64,000 nt of DNA from an uncultured bacterium (GCA_964422745.1 CAYRCK010000004.1:4497-68496), one strand, 5' to 3'. Positions 1-10,410 are shown, numbered from the stretch's first letter. Numbers and translations: made by a program. Notes: a model not told the origin generated them from the sequence alone.

Positions 1-1
1 C

Positions 2-457
2 GACGAGCTCGCACGCATCCGAAACAAGGAGATCGGCTTCGTATTCCAGACTTTCAACCTTCTTCCAAGGGCGACCGCGCTGCAGAACGTGGAGCTGCCT
101 CTCATTTACGGAGGCGTGTCCACGGATAAGAGGCGCAACATGGCCAAGCAGGCGCTGGAAGCCGTGGGCCTGGGTGATCGAGCCGTTCACAGGCCCAACG
201 AGCTGTCCGGGGGGCAGAGACAGAGGGTCGCAATAGCGAGGGCCCTCGTGAACAGGCCGTCGATTATTCTGGCGGACGAACCGACGGGGAACCTGGACAG
301 CCGCACCGGCGAGGAAATAATGAATATATTCAACGAGATTCATAAAGCCGGGAATACTATAGTAATTGTCACGCATGAGGAGTATATTGCGAAGAGAGCA
401 CAACGGATAATAAAACTGCGTGACGGATTGATCGAAAGCGATTTGAGAATAAATTAA
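2..457 (+). CDS. ABC transporter ATP-binding protein (MacB/LolD-type), 5' partial at window edge
   Basis: Frame continues from position 2. ABC signature [15 protein letters not shown], Walker [10 protein letters not shown]-loop VTHE. Followed by HlyD adaptor and FtsX permeases. Confidence 0.9.
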   Translation, partial: DELARIRNKEIGFVFQTFNLLPRATALQNVELPLIYGGVSTDKRRNMAKQALEAVGLGDRAVHRPNELSGGQRQRVAIARALVNRPSIILADEPTGNLDSRTGEEIMNIFNEIHKAGNTIVIVTHEEYIAKRAQRIIKLRDGLIESDLRIN

Positions 458-532
458 AAAGGTTCGGATTCCCCGGACCTGAAATCAACGCAGTAAAGAT
501 ATTCCTGCTGGGTAAACCGTCAAGGGGGAAGA

Positions 533-1765
533 ATGAAGAAAAAGCACTGGATACTGATCGGGGCGGCCGTGCTGATCGTAGTGCTGATACTTGTAAACAT
601 CAAAGCTCGCAGAGGCAAGGCGCTCGCGGTTCAGGTAGAGGAGATAGAGAGGCGTGAGCTTTCGATGATCATCTCGGCATCCGGCAGCATCAAACCCAAG
701 AGGCATGTAGATATAAGCGCTAGCAGTATAGGTAAGGTGACGAAGGTGGCCGTCGAGGAGGGTGACTTCGTGGAGAAGGACCAGTTTCTTCTGCAGATAG
801 ATCCTATGGAGCTAGAATCCACGGTTTCCCGGATAGAGGCCGCGATTTCGGCTTCCATGGCCGCGGAGAGGCAGGCCACCGCCCAGGTGAAGCAGTCTGA
901 GAGGGACCTCGAAAGAACCAAAAGGCTTTACGAGCAGGGATACCTCACGGACCAGGAAGTCGACGCAGCCCAGACGAATTACGATGTCGCGGTCTCGCGG
1001 CACGACGCCACCCTCCACGATATAGAGCAGCAGAAAGCTCTACTCAAGAGTGCACGGCACAACCTCAAGGAAGTAACTATAGTATCGGAGATGAGCGGAG
1101 TGGTTACGCGGCTGAACGTGGAGGAAGGGGAAACCGCCATCATGGGAACGCTCAATAATCCCGGGACCGTTCTGATGGAGATAGCGGACCTTTCCACCAT
1201 CGAGACAGAGGTCGAGGTCGATGAGACCGAAGTGGTCCATATCAGCCTGGGGGATCGGTCCAATGTTACCCTGGATGCCTTCCCGGATACCACATATGCG
1301 GGTGAGGTCACGGAGATCGGGAACAGCCCCATCTATTCAGCCTCCTCATCGAGCCAGCAGGCCGTTGATTTCAAGGTTGTGATAACCATCACCGACACGA
1401 TCATGAACGTGAGACCGGGTCTCTCGGCCGATGCCGAGATTATCGTCGCTGAAAGGGATAGCGCGCTGGCGATTCCGATTCAAAGCCTGACCGTGAGGCG
1501 AAGAAGGGATCTGAAGGATAACGCAGCTGTGGATTCCACGGCTGCGGAGGGTGAAAGGGACGAGATCGAGGGTGTTTTCGTGGTGGAGGGGGGAAGGGCG
1601 GTTTTCAGGCCCTTGAATATCGGAATATCCAGCCAGAAGTACTTCGAGGTCCTGTCGGGGCTAAAAGTGGGTGACAAGGTCATAAGCGGCAATTATCAGG
1701 CTATCAGGAACCTCAAGGACGGGCAGATGGTCAAGGTCTCGAAGAGGGCGGACAAAAAGGAATAG
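533..1765 (+). CDS. Efflux transporter periplasmic adaptor subunit (HlyD/MacA membrane-fusion family)
   Basis: N-terminal TM anchor, long coiled-coil region, beta-barrel/lipoyl-like segments typical of MFPs. Sits between ABC ATPase and FtsX permeases. Confidence 0.85.
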   Translation: MKKKHWILIGAAVLIVVLILVNIKARRGKALAVQVEEIERRELSMIISASGSIKPKRHVDISASSIGKVTKVAVEEGDFVEKDQFLLQIDPMELESTVSRIEAAISASMAAERQATAQVKQSERDLERTKRLYEQGYLTDQEVDAAQTNYDVAVSRHDATLHDIEQQKALLKSARHNLKEVTIVSEMSGVVTRLNVEEGETAIMGTLNNPGTVLMEIADLSTIETEVEVDETEVVHISLGDRSNVTLDAFPDTTYAGEVTEIGNSPIYSASSSSQQAVDFKVVITITDTIMNVRPGLSADAEIIVAERDSALAIPIQSLTVRRRRDLKDNAAVDSTAAEGERDEIEGVFVVEGGRAVFRPLNIGISSQKYFEVLSGLKVGDKVISGNYQAIRNLKDGQMVKVSKRADKKE

Positions 1766-1814
1766 GCAGCGTTCAGTTGGTCATGCGGGATAACGATTCA
1801 GGCTGGTTGCGAAG

Positions 1815-3044
1815 ATGTTGATATTCGAAGGTGTCCGTATAGCGCTGCTCGCTTTGAAAGAGAACAAGCTTCGCACGTTTCTCACGTTACTTGGGAATAT
1901 AGTAGGCACCATGTCGGTCATAGCGGTCGTTTCGCTTATAGGTGGAGCGGACAACTATATCAGGGAGGAAGTGGCCGAGGAGGGGAGTAATGTCTTCACG
2001 GTCGAGAGGATAAATTTCCTCGAGGCGATAACCGATCTCGAATCTTTTCTCGAAGCGCTCGCCAGGAACAAGATTATCAGGCTCAGTGATGTGGATTACC
2101 TCAGGGAGAACGTGCCTTCGGCAACCTGCCTCTGCGCCGCCGTGAGTGGCCGCGACAGGATTTCATTCAGAAATTCGTGGGTGGACAACACGGAGATCAA
2201 GGGAAGGGGGGAGGAATACCCGGAGATAGAGCATACGGATCTTTTCATTGGAAGGCATATATCGCGTCCGGAAGTGATGCACAGCGATGCAGTGGCCTTG
2301 ATAGGATGGGATGTGTACGAGCACCTCTTCAAGGGCCGTGATCCGCTAGAAAGCAAGATAAAGATAGGGAAAAAGCATTTTCGCGTGATAGGTGTCGTCG
2401 AGAACCAGGGAACGTTGTTCGGGCAGACCAGGAACAGGTTCGTCTATATACCGGTTACTACTTATCTGAAAATGTACGGATCACGCAGCTCCATATCGAT
2501 CAAGGTGAAGGCCAACGATATCGCATTGATGCAGCAGGCGGTAGATGAAGCCACGATGGCCATGAGGATCAGGCACGGGCTCAGGCCGATGGATGACAAC
2601 GATTTCAGCGTCTCAACTTCCGAGCAGCTTGTCTCCCTCTGGGAGAGGATATCGGGTTCGATATTCAGCGCCCTCGTCTTTCTGGTATCGATATCGCTGG
2701 TCGTCGCCGGTATAGTGCTGATGAACGTAATGCTCGTCTCGGTCACGGAGAGGACCAGGGAGATAGGGCTGCGCAAGGCGCTTGGAGCCAGGAGGGCGAA
2801 CATAATCTGGCAGTTCATAGTCGAGTCGATCACGCTGTCACTGGTAGGTGGAATAGTGGGAATTACGATAGGCTTCACTATTGCCGCAGTAATATCGCTG
2901 CTATCCCCACTTCCATACATAATAGCTGGATGGTCGATAGCGGCGGGTTTGATAGTGACGTTTCTTATAGGTCTGATATTCGGAACTTACCCCGCGAGCA
3001 AGGCAGCCATGCTCGATCCGGTTGTCGCATTGCACCATGAGTAG
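1815..3044 (+). CDS. ABC transporter permease, MacB/FtsX family (MacB periplasmic domain plus FtsX 4-TM)
   Basis: N-terminal TM, large periplasmic domain, C-terminal FtsX-type TM bundle (LVSVTERTREIGLRKALGA motif). Confidence 0.85.
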   Translation: MLIFEGVRIALLALKENKLRTFLTLLGNIVGTMSVIAVVSLIGGADNYIREEVAEEGSNVFTVERINFLEAITDLESFLEALARNKIIRLSDVDYLRENVPSATCLCAAVSGRDRISFRNSWVDNTEIKGRGEEYPEIEHTDLFIGRHISRPEVMHSDAVALIGWDVYEHLFKGRDPLESKIKIGKKHFRVIGVVENQGTLFGQTRNRFVYIPVTTYLKMYGSRSSISIKVKANDIALMQQAVDEATMAMRIRHGLRPMDDNDFSVSTSEQLVSLWERISGSIFSALVFLVSISLVVAGIVLMNVMLVSVTERTREIGLRKALGARRANIIWQFIVESITLSLVGGIVGITIGFTIAAVISLLSPLPYIIAGWSIAAGLIVTFLIGLIFGTYPASKAAMLDPVVALHHE

Positions 3045-3149
3045 GTGGATCTTATGAATTCAGGTGGAGGGATCGCTGATATAGGGAACGCACGGGGGAT
3101 ACGCTCCGGAGGCGGGAAGCGTGAAGGACAGGTCTGGAAAGAGAATTTC

Positions 3150-4358
3150 ATGCAGGCCACCCAAGTGATCCGAACTCACAAGATGAGGTCAGGGCTGCTG
3201 ATCGTTGGGGTGGCCGTCGGTGTTATGACCGTCCTAGCCATTGTAACAGTGATGTCAGGGCTCAGTAAGAGGATCAGGGAGGATTTCGTGTCGGCAAACA
3301 GGCCCTACCTCGTTGTCACGAGGTTCGATCCCATGCAGGACGAGAGGGACAGGGCGGATGTTCTCCGCCGGAAAGAGCTCACCGCAGACGACGCCGATGC
3401 CATAGCAGGGGAAATCGACATAGTCGATCGTGTCGACTTCGAGATAGATCCGGGTGGCAGGATGTGGGTGCTCAGGTACAAGGGAGAACGGACGAATCTT
3501 ATTCAGATCGTAGGAGTCTCTTACAGTTTTTCACACTTGTTCAACATAGATATCGACGAGGGCAGGTCATTTACCGAATTCGAGCAGGATCGTAAAAGAC
3601 GTGTAATCGTGCTGGGTTATGGGCCCTCGAAGGACCTTTTCCCGAACACGGATCCGGTAGGTAAATTCATACGTATAGACAACCACGAATATGAGGTTGT
3701 CGGCACGTTCGAATCAAGAAAGCACATACTCGGGAGCCTTGGCGACAACTTCGCGATCATTCCGTATTCAACCTTCGAGAAGGATATGTCGGGCAGATTC
3801 GACGAGAATCAGATTATCGTGTCGTTGAAACCGGGATTCACGCTCGAGGAAGGGGAGGAAGAGATCACCGCTCTACTGAGGGCGAGGCGCGCCGTGGAAC
3901 CGGGAGAGGAAAACGACTTTCACATAATGACATCCGAGGCTTTCAAGGACCTGCTTTCGGATATAACGAGGAATATCGCCCTGATCCTTGTGATCATATC
4001 ATCTATAGGGCTGATGGTAGGAGGGATCGGAGTGATGAACATCATGCTCGTCTCTGTCACCGAGAGGACCAGGGAGGTCGGGGTCAGGATGGCGGTTGGA
4101 GCGAAGCGAAGTGACATAATGCAGCAGTTTCTCATTGAGGCAGCGACACTGACCGGCTCCGGCGGTACCATAGGCATTATACTGGGCTTACTGGCCGCAC
4201 GGGGGATAGCCCGCCTGATCAACTTCCCCTACTCGATCCCCGCAGTCTGGATTCTGGTCGCGTTCATATTCTCCGCTTCGATAGGATTCATCTTCGGGCT
4301 TTACCCGGCAAACAGAGCTGCCAGAATGGACCCGATAAAAGCCCTTCATTACGAGTAG
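3150..4358 (+). CDS. ABC transporter permease, MacB/FtsX family (second copy, LolC/LolE-like pairing)
   Basis: Same architecture as upstream permease (LVSVTERTREVGVRMAVGA). ORF opens at 3045, but alignment with the paralogue and a GGAAAGAG RBS favour ATG 3150. Confidence 0.8.
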   Translation: MQATQVIRTHKMRSGLLIVGVAVGVMTVLAIVTVMSGLSKRIREDFVSANRPYLVVTRFDPMQDERDRADVLRRKELTADDADAIAGEIDIVDRVDFEIDPGGRMWVLRYKGERTNLIQIVGVSYSFSHLFNIDIDEGRSFTEFEQDRKRRVIVLGYGPSKDLFPNTDPVGKFIRIDNHEYEVVGTFESRKHILGSLGDNFAIIPYSTFEKDMSGRFDENQIIVSLKPGFTLEEGEEEITALLRARRAVEPGEENDFHIMTSEAFKDLLSDITRNIALILVIISSIGLMVGGIGVMNIMLVSVTERTREVGVRMAVGAKRSDIMQQFLIEAATLTGSGGTIGIILGLLAARGIARLINFPYSIPAVWILVAFIFSASIGFIFGLYPANRAARMDPIKALHYE

Positions 4359-4452
4359 CGGCGATAACTGTTAATGTGTTGCCTTATACCCCACCTGACA
4401 TTATACTCTGATCGGAGAACGCATTTCGAGGTTTATCCCGGGTGCCTGGACG

Positions 4453-5778
4453 ATGAATAGACTTTCCATCCACATAAGAGCCTTCCTGGCATTCACGGCC
4501 CTTCCATCGATACTGGTTGCGCAGCCCCTCGGTAGGCCGTTCATGACACGGAGCGACGCCGCTTTCGAGCTGTCGTTAACCCAGAAGTACGACGATGAGG
4601 GATTGAGCCTGATCGTCGTGGAGACGGCCATACCGTATAGAAGGCTGGTTTTCTTCAAGAAGGAGGATTCCTACGAGGCACGTTACAGGATGTATATGGA
4701 GATAAAGGACGGCAAGGGCGGGTATATCAGCGGTGAGGTATGGGAGGAGCCCGTGAGGGTCTATAGCTACGGAGAAACGAGATTGAATACGGCCGTTTCC
4801 TCTTTGAGAAAGGTTCTCCCGATAGATCCGGGAAAGTACAGGATCAGGATGACACTGGAGATTGTAGATACGTCACTGCTATTTTACCGGGAGAAGGAAA
4901 TAGTCATCGTCGGTGGTGGAGAGGGGAAGCTGGTCCTTGGGGAACCTGTATTCTCGGTCCCCTCGGCCGGAGCGTCACGGCATAAGCCTTCACGGGGCGG
5001 CTTGACGCTCTCGTTGTGTGGGATGGCCGACGGGAACGATTTCAGGATGAGTTCGGATGGCATTTTCGCCGGATTCGACGGGTGGCTGCGGGTAACGATC
5101 AACATCGTGCTGCCCTCCGGGGGGAAAACGGGGGATGATCATATATTGGTTTCGAGCAGGATAAAGAATGCAAGCGGATCGCCTGTTCTCTATCACAGGG
5201 AAAGGGTGCGCACGCTGGATAAGAACTACGCGCACCTTTGCTATGATATCAATGTCGACGACATGAAGATAGGGCTATACGAGATATCAACGAACGTGGA
5301 AATGCCGAGCAGCGGGCAGAAAGCCGGCAGTAAGGCAGAATTCATAGTTCTCCTGAACAGGGGATTGCTGGAGGACAATTTCGAGGAAACACTGGGTATT
5401 CTATCCATTATCGCCGATAAGGACGAGCTCGACGATCTCAGGACATCAACCATGGATAACAGACACGCTGCATGGAGGCGTTTTTGGGAGTCGGGAGGCA
5501 ACTTCGCCGGCGGGGATTGGAAGGAGCGTGAGCTGTCCTTTCTGCGGCGGCTGAAGTACGTTTTGAGGTTTTTCTCGAGCTACGGACCGGGATGGAGGAC
5601 GGATAGGGGCAGAATCTACCTTAGAAACGGTCCTCCCGACAAGGTAGAGGAGAGCCAGGGCAGGCAAATGGGTGAGAGCCTAATATACTGGTTCTACTAT
5701 TCAAAGAATATCGTTTATATATTCAGTGATTCTATCGGAAGTGGCGAGTACAATCTGCTGACGACACAGCTGATATGA
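4453..5778 (+). CDS. Secreted GWxTD-domain protein
   Basis: Signal peptide (AFTALPSILVAQP). C-terminal GWRTDRGRIYLRNGPPDKVE...IYWFYY matches the GWxTD domain signature. Function unknown. Confidence 0.6.
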   Translation: MNRLSIHIRAFLAFTALPSILVAQPLGRPFMTRSDAAFELSLTQKYDDEGLSLIVVETAIPYRRLVFFKKEDSYEARYRMYMEIKDGKGGYISGEVWEEPVRVYSYGETRLNTAVSSLRKVLPIDPGKYRIRMTLEIVDTSLLFYREKEIVIVGGGEGKLVLGEPVFSVPSAGASRHKPSRGGLTLSLCGMADGNDFRMSSDGIFAGFDGWLRVTINIVLPSGGKTGDDHILVSSRIKNASGSPVLYHRERVRTLDKNYAHLCYDINVDDMKIGLYEISTNVEMPSSGQKAGSKAEFIVLLNRGLLEDNFEETLGILSIIADKDELDDLRTSTMDNRHAAWRRFWESGGNFAGGDWKERELSFLRRLKYVLRFFSSYGPGWRTDRGRIYLRNGPPDKVEESQGRQMGESLIYWFYYSKNIVYIFSDSIGSGEYNLLTTQLI

Positions 5779-5779
5779 A

Positions 5780-7339
5780 GTGCGTATGAACTTGTTTCGT
5801 TTGATACTCCCAACCATAGTCATCATAGTGCAGCTCCTGCTCTCCGGGTGTTCGCAGGAGGAGCGTACAGGATTGCTCAGACTCGCTTTACAGACCGAGC
5901 CCAGCACGCTAGATCCCGCCTATGCTGTCGACTATTCATCGGGGATGATCTCGTCCCTGATCCATTCAAATCTCGTGCGATTCGACCCGGAAGGAAAAAT
6001 TCTCGGTGATCTGGCCGAAGGTTGGGAGGTCTCCGAAGACGGCATGAAGTACACGTTCAGGCTAACGACTGCCCGTTTCTCCAGTGGGCGGAATGTGAAT
6101 GCCGAAGATGTCGTGTATTCGTTCAAGCGGCTCCTCGATCCGTCTACCATGTCTCCCAGGTGGTGGGTGCTCGAGCCGATCAGGGGTGCCGAAAATTTTC
6201 ACGGGGGTGGTTATTGGGATGAGACGGCGGTCCACGCACGGGATGATTCCACCCTCGTTCTATATCTGAACAGGCCTGCGGCTCACCTGTTGAGCCTGCT
6301 TACCATGCCTTCGGCGGGGATCGTATGCAGGGAGGAGATCGAAAGCTCCGGGGCCGATTACGGCAGGTCTCCCTGCGGTTGCGGTGCCTGGAAGCTCGTG
6401 GAATGGAGGGAGGGTGAGCGGTTGCTGCTGGAACGAAACAGTTTCTATACGGGGGCTGGACCTCATATCGACGGCATATCGATAAGGATAATACCCGAGT
6501 CCATGACGCGAATAGCAGAATACGAGGTGGGAAACCTGGATGTTCTCGAGATTCCGAGAGCCGAGCTTTCCAGGTGGAAGGAGTCCGGCGTACCGATTAT
6601 CCGAGAGCAGGAGCTCAGGATCGTATACATCGGTTTGAACAATGAGAAGCCGCCGTTCAACATCGCGGCCGTTCGCCGCGCGCTGAACATGGCAATCGAC
6701 GTGGATGCGATCATTTCGAGGGTGATATTCAGCGCCGGTATCGAGGCCAGGGGGATCATACCTCCGGCGCTGCGGTTGGAGCCTATACGGGGGAATGGAT
6801 ACGGCTATGATCCTCAGCAAGCTCGTAAGTTGTTGGCCGACGCGGGATATCCTGATGGATTCAGGATGGAGATTTGGCAGAGGGAAAATCCGGAGGGCGG
6901 GAGGATACTCGAAAGCGTGCAGGGCTACCTGTACGATATCGGAGTTGATGCAGAGCTCGTCACTCGTGAATGGAGCGCATTCAAGATGGCCGTGGATCGC
7001 GGTACACCGGATGCGTTCTACCTTGATTGGTTCGCAGACTATCCGGATGCCGAGAACTTCATGGCCCCGCTTTTCCATTCGGCGAACGCGGGCGGAGGAG
7101 GGAACAGGGCGAGGTATGCAAACAACAGGGTCGACTCGCTTTTCGATGCGGCGGCCCTCACACCCGATGCCGAGGCCAGGTGGAGGATGTACGAGGAAGC
7201 CGAATCGCTCGTCTATCACGATGCTCCGTGGATATTCCTTTGGTTTCCAACAAGATACGAGGCTGTCTCGGATAGGGTCGAAGGTTACCGGATCCCGGCT
7301 ATCTTCAACGCCCAGCGATACCTCGATGTCTCACTGTAA
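5780..7339 (+). CDS. Peptide/nickel ABC transporter substrate-binding lipoprotein (SBP family 5, DppA/OppA/MppA-like)
   Basis: Lipoprotein signal (LLLSGCS). Family-5 SBP fold, length about 519 aa. Followed by DppB/DppC-type permeases. Confidence 0.85.
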   Translation: MRMNLFRLILPTIVIIVQLLLSGCSQEERTGLLRLALQTEPSTLDPAYAVDYSSGMISSLIHSNLVRFDPEGKILGDLAEGWEVSEDGMKYTFRLTTARFSSGRNVNAEDVVYSFKRLLDPSTMSPRWWVLEPIRGAENFHGGGYWDETAVHARDDSTLVLYLNRPAAHLLSLLTMPSAGIVCREEIESSGADYGRSPCGCGAWKLVEWREGERLLLERNSFYTGAGPHIDGISIRIIPESMTRIAEYEVGNLDVLEIPRAELSRWKESGVPIIREQELRIVYIGLNNEKPPFNIAAVRRALNMAIDVDAIISRVIFSAGIEARGIIPPALRLEPIRGNGYGYDPQQARKLLADAGYPDGFRMEIWQRENPEGGRILESVQGYLYDIGVDAELVTREWSAFKMAVDRGTPDAFYLDWFADYPDAENFMAPLFHSANAGGGGNRARYANNRVDSLFDAAALTPDAEARWRMYEEAESLVYHDAPWIFLWFPTRYEAVSDRVEGYRIPAIFNAQRYLDVSL

Positions 7340-7381
7340 AGGTTCAAGGGACGGGATGTACTTAGTCAACCAAGCCGACGA

Positions 7382-8332
7382 ATGACATATGCTATGTTTA
7401 AATATACACTTAAAAGGATCCTGATCCTGATACCCGTCCTCTGGGGTGTCGTTACGATAACCTTTATCATCATGTACGTCGTGCCGGGAGATCCGGTTCT
7501 AGTTTTAGCGGGAGAGAGATACGACGAAAAGACGCTGGTCGAGATGCGCAGAGATCTCGGATTGGATAAGCCCCTGCATATGCAATACCTGGATTACCTC
7601 GGCCGGGTCGTGAGGCTGGATCTGGGGAGATCTTTCGTCACGAGAAGACCTGTAGCCGCGTCGATAGCGGAGAGATTTCCCAAAACGCTGGTTCTGGCGG
7701 CCAGCGCAATGGTCTTGGCGGTTGTAATAGGTGTCTCTATCGGAGGATTGGCGGTCTATAACCGTTTCGCATGGCTCGGCAACTCCCTGATGACCCTATC
7801 GCTGATCGGCGTGTCGATCCCGGTCTTCTGGCTGGGCCTGCTGCTCATAAATATCTTCTCCGTAAGGCTGTCACTGCTTCCGCCGTCGGGTTACGGTGGT
7901 GGTTCTCTTGCCCACCTTTTACTTCCGGCATTGACCCTATCGTTCGCCTCGATGGCTACGGTGGCCAGGGTGACCCGCTCGGGATTCATCGATGCGGCGG
8001 GAGAGGATTTCATCCGGACCGCCAGGGCAAAGGGGATGGGTGAGATCGTCATCATAGGGAAGCATGCATTCAGAAACGCCCTCATACCGGTGATAACCAT
8101 CGTTGGTACGGACTTCGGAAGCTATCTCAGCGGATCGGTGCTCACCGAGTCGATCTTCGGATGGCCGGGACTGGGAAGGCTGATAGTGCAGTCGATAATG
8201 AAAAGGGATTTCCCGGTCATCCAGGGAGCGGTGCTGTTCATGGCTGTTGTTTTTGTGGTCGTAAATCTTTTAGTGGATTTATGTTACGGAATAATTGATC
8301 CGAGGGTCCGGGTAGGTTCAGGAAGGAAGTAG
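7382..8332 (+). CDS. ABC transporter permease (DppB/OppB-type)
   Basis: 6-TM BPD_transp_1 permease with the EAA-like motif region; typical DppB N-terminus. Confidence 0.85.
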   Translation: MTYAMFKYTLKRILILIPVLWGVVTITFIIMYVVPGDPVLVLAGERYDEKTLVEMRRDLGLDKPLHMQYLDYLGRVVRLDLGRSFVTRRPVAASIAERFPKTLVLAASAMVLAVVIGVSIGGLAVYNRFAWLGNSLMTLSLIGVSIPVFWLGLLLINIFSVRLSLLPPSGYGGGSLAHLLLPALTLSFASMATVARVTRSGFIDAAGEDFIRTARAKGMGEIVIIGKHAFRNALIPVITIVGTDFGSYLSGSVLTESIFGWPGLGRLIVQSIMKRDFPVIQGAVLFMAVVFVVVNLLVDLCYGIIDPRVRVGSGRK

Positions 8333-8337
8333 GTGCA

Positions 8338-9231
8338 GTGGCGGGGATCTTGAAGAGGTTCGTACGGCTCAGGACCGCATCTGCCGGATTGGCGGTACTG
8401 ACAGCCGTTCTGTGTCTGACCATACTTACCCTTTTCCTCTCTCCGAACGGCAGGGGCGAGGTCAATCTGGAGAGGTCGTTGAGGCCGCCTTCACTCGGTC
8501 ATCCCTTCGGGACCGATCCCTTCGGAAGGGACGTATTCTACAGGGTTTTCCAAGGCGCGCGCCTTTCCCTCGGCGTATCCTTCCTCGCCAGGTCGATCTC
8601 CCTTCTCCTGGGTCTGGTGCTGGGAGCGGCCGCCGGGTACTTCGGGGGCAGGCTGGACTCCCTATTGATGCGTCTCGCCGACGTCACCTTTGCATTCCCG
8701 GCGCTTCTCCTCCTTATAGCGATAATGGCCGTCGTTTCGCCCGGATTCGTTTCGCTTTTCGTTGCGCTCGGCGTCGTGGGGTGGGCCTCGGTAGCGAGGC
8801 TCGTAAGGGCTCAGGTCCTCGCCGCAAGGGAAAGGGAGTACGTACAGGCGGCGAAGGCCTCGGGGGCCGGCAGTACGGGTGTGATATTGAGGCACATACT
8901 ACCGCAGTGCCTTTCACCGGTTCTGGTTATCTATACCCTCGGACTCGGTATGACGGTTATGGCCGAGGCGAGCTTGAGCTTTCTCGGATTGGGTGTTCAG
9001 CCGCCCGATCCGAGCTGGGGAAGGATGATATCCGACGGGATAGGATTCATGCGGACGGCCCCCTGGCTTACGTTCTTCCCTGGGCTTGTGTTGACGCTGA
9101 CGGTCTGTGCATTTAACATGGTTGGGGACGGCTTGAGGGAAGCGTTGGATCCGCTCTCGGATCGTAGCCGGAGCAGGGTGACCGGGGGCGGGGACGGCTT
9201 TGTCGGTAGGGATCGAGTGCAGGGGGGGTGA
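8338..9231 (+). CDS. ABC transporter permease (DppC/OppC-type)
   Basis: OppC_N-like N-terminus (LGTDPFGRDVFYRV) and permease core. GTG start with RBS. Confidence 0.85.
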   Translation: MAGILKRFVRLRTASAGLAVLTAVLCLTILTLFLSPNGRGEVNLERSLRPPSLGHPFGTDPFGRDVFYRVFQGARLSLGVSFLARSISLLLGLVLGAAAGYFGGRLDSLLMRLADVTFAFPALLLLIAIMAVVSPGFVSLFVALGVVGWASVARLVRAQVLAAREREYVQAAKASGAGSTGVILRHILPQCLSPVLVIYTLGLGMTVMAEASLSFLGLGVQPPDPSWGRMISDGIGFMRTAPWLTFFPGLVLTLTVCAFNMVGDGLREALDPLSDRSRSRVTGGGDGFVGRDRVQGG

Positions 9232-10304
9232 TATCGACGGAGATCACGGAACGTATAACCGATCTGATCCGAAGGGTGGAGCGGGATGCAGGGCTCGACC
9301 GGAGATTCAGCTATTTCAGGCTCAGGACATCGTCGGGTGGAATATTAGAAGTCGAGCTGAGCAGCGAGGAGGTCTTCGGGCGTCTATCCGCCGGTGCCGG
9401 AGGTTTCACCGGCACTATAGAGACTGACGGAACTGCTTTGCTTAGAAGCACATCCGGTGAGATCGCCAGGCTGATTCTTCTTGCATCCGGCGGAACCGAC
9501 CCCCTTTTGGCGGTTTCGAGCGTGGTGGATGTCAGAAAGGAAGCCACCCATTCCTCGGAGCTTTTGACCCAGATGATAATGGGAGAGGACGCGGAAGAGC
9601 TTGCCGCCGATGGAGATTGGTATCTCGTGAGGCTCAGCGACGGATATCACGGATGGGTGAGGTCCTGGTGCGTATCCGGGATCTCGAGGAAGGATATAGA
9701 GGCCTACAACGCGAGGACCAACGTACTCGTTGATGTGAACGTCGGGTCCGTCTATTCAAAACCGGATACGGCGAGCCTGCCGGTCGGGGATGTTGTCTGT
9801 GGAACCCGCCTGCTGGCAGGAGGATCCGAAGGGGGATTCCGGCGCGTAAACCTGCCGGGCGGCAGGGAAGGCTATATGTCTTCAGGCTCGCTGGTACAGC
9901 CACCGGTCGGTGGGCCGGACAGAACGCGCCTGATGGAAAGGGCAAAGCGGCATCTAGGCGTACCCTATATCTGGGGTGGGACATCCGCGAAGGGTTTCGA
10001 CTGCTCGGGATTCGTTTATCGGGTTTTTCTGCTCGAGGGGATCGAGCTTCCGCGCGATTCCGACCGCCAGGCCGCTTCCGGTGATCATATACCGGTGGAG
10101 AGGATAATAGATGATGCGAGGACCGGGGACCTGCTCTTCTTCGGAGATGCCGCCACGGTCAATCACGTGGCGATATATATCGGGGATGGTCTCTATATTC
10201 ACTCCTACGGGGATGTGAGGTTCAACAGCCTCGTGAGCGATGACGAGAGATACGAGCTCAAGCTGGGGAGAACCCTTCTGTTCGCACGTTCCGTCCTCGG
10301 ATGA
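9228..10304 (+). CDS. SH3b-domain NlpC/P60 (C40) peptidase, cytoplasmic, YkfC-like gamma-D-Glu-diamino acid endopeptidase
   Basis: C-terminal NlpC/P60 catalytic core (GVPYIWGG...FDCSGFVYRVF...NHVAIYIGDG). No signal peptide. N-terminal SH3b-like repeats. Overlaps upstream permease stop by 4 nt. Confidence 0.8.
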   Translation: MISTEITERITDLIRRVERDAGLDRRFSYFRLRTSSGGILEVELSSEEVFGRLSAGAGGFTGTIETDGTALLRSTSGEIARLILLASGGTDPLLAVSSVVDVRKEATHSSELLTQMIMGEDAEELAADGDWYLVRLSDGYHGWVRSWCVSGISRKDIEAYNARTNVLVDVNVGSVYSKPDTASLPVGDVVCGTRLLAGGSEGGFRRVNLPGGREGYMSSGSLVQPPVGGPDRTRLMERAKRHLGVPYIWGGTSAKGFDCSGFVYRVFLLEGIELPRDSDRQAASGDHIPVERIIDDARTGDLLFFGDAATVNHVAIYIGDGLYIHSYGDVRFNSLVSDDERYELKLGRTLLFARSVLG

Positions 10305-10354
10305 CGTTGATTCACGAAAGAGGCACCGAAATCATCCCGCCCGGTAACTGTAAT

Positions 10355-10410
10355 TGTGTTAAAAAAAAGTTTAAAAAAGTGTTGACAAGGATTTTAAGCT
10401 GCTTTACGGT
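10355..10410 (+). promoter_or_regulatory. Putative sigma-70 promoter with A-tract UP element for the downstream OMP gene
   Basis: A-rich UP-like tract (aaaaaaaagtttaaaaaag) followed by TTGACA (10382-10387), 17 nt, TACGGT (10405-10410). A roughly 300-nt 5' UTR precedes the start at 10722. Confidence 0.4.

Noticed and set aside
6260-7219. 319-aa minus-strand ORF and the 6795-7385 + strand alternate-frame ORF
   Set aside because: Both overlap the family-5 SBP gene, have R/P-rich low-complexity translations and no recognisable domains.
8412-9116. 234-aa + strand ORF in an alternate frame
   Set aside because: Lies inside the DppC-type permease gene; R/G/P-rich translation typical of an off-frame high-GC artefact.
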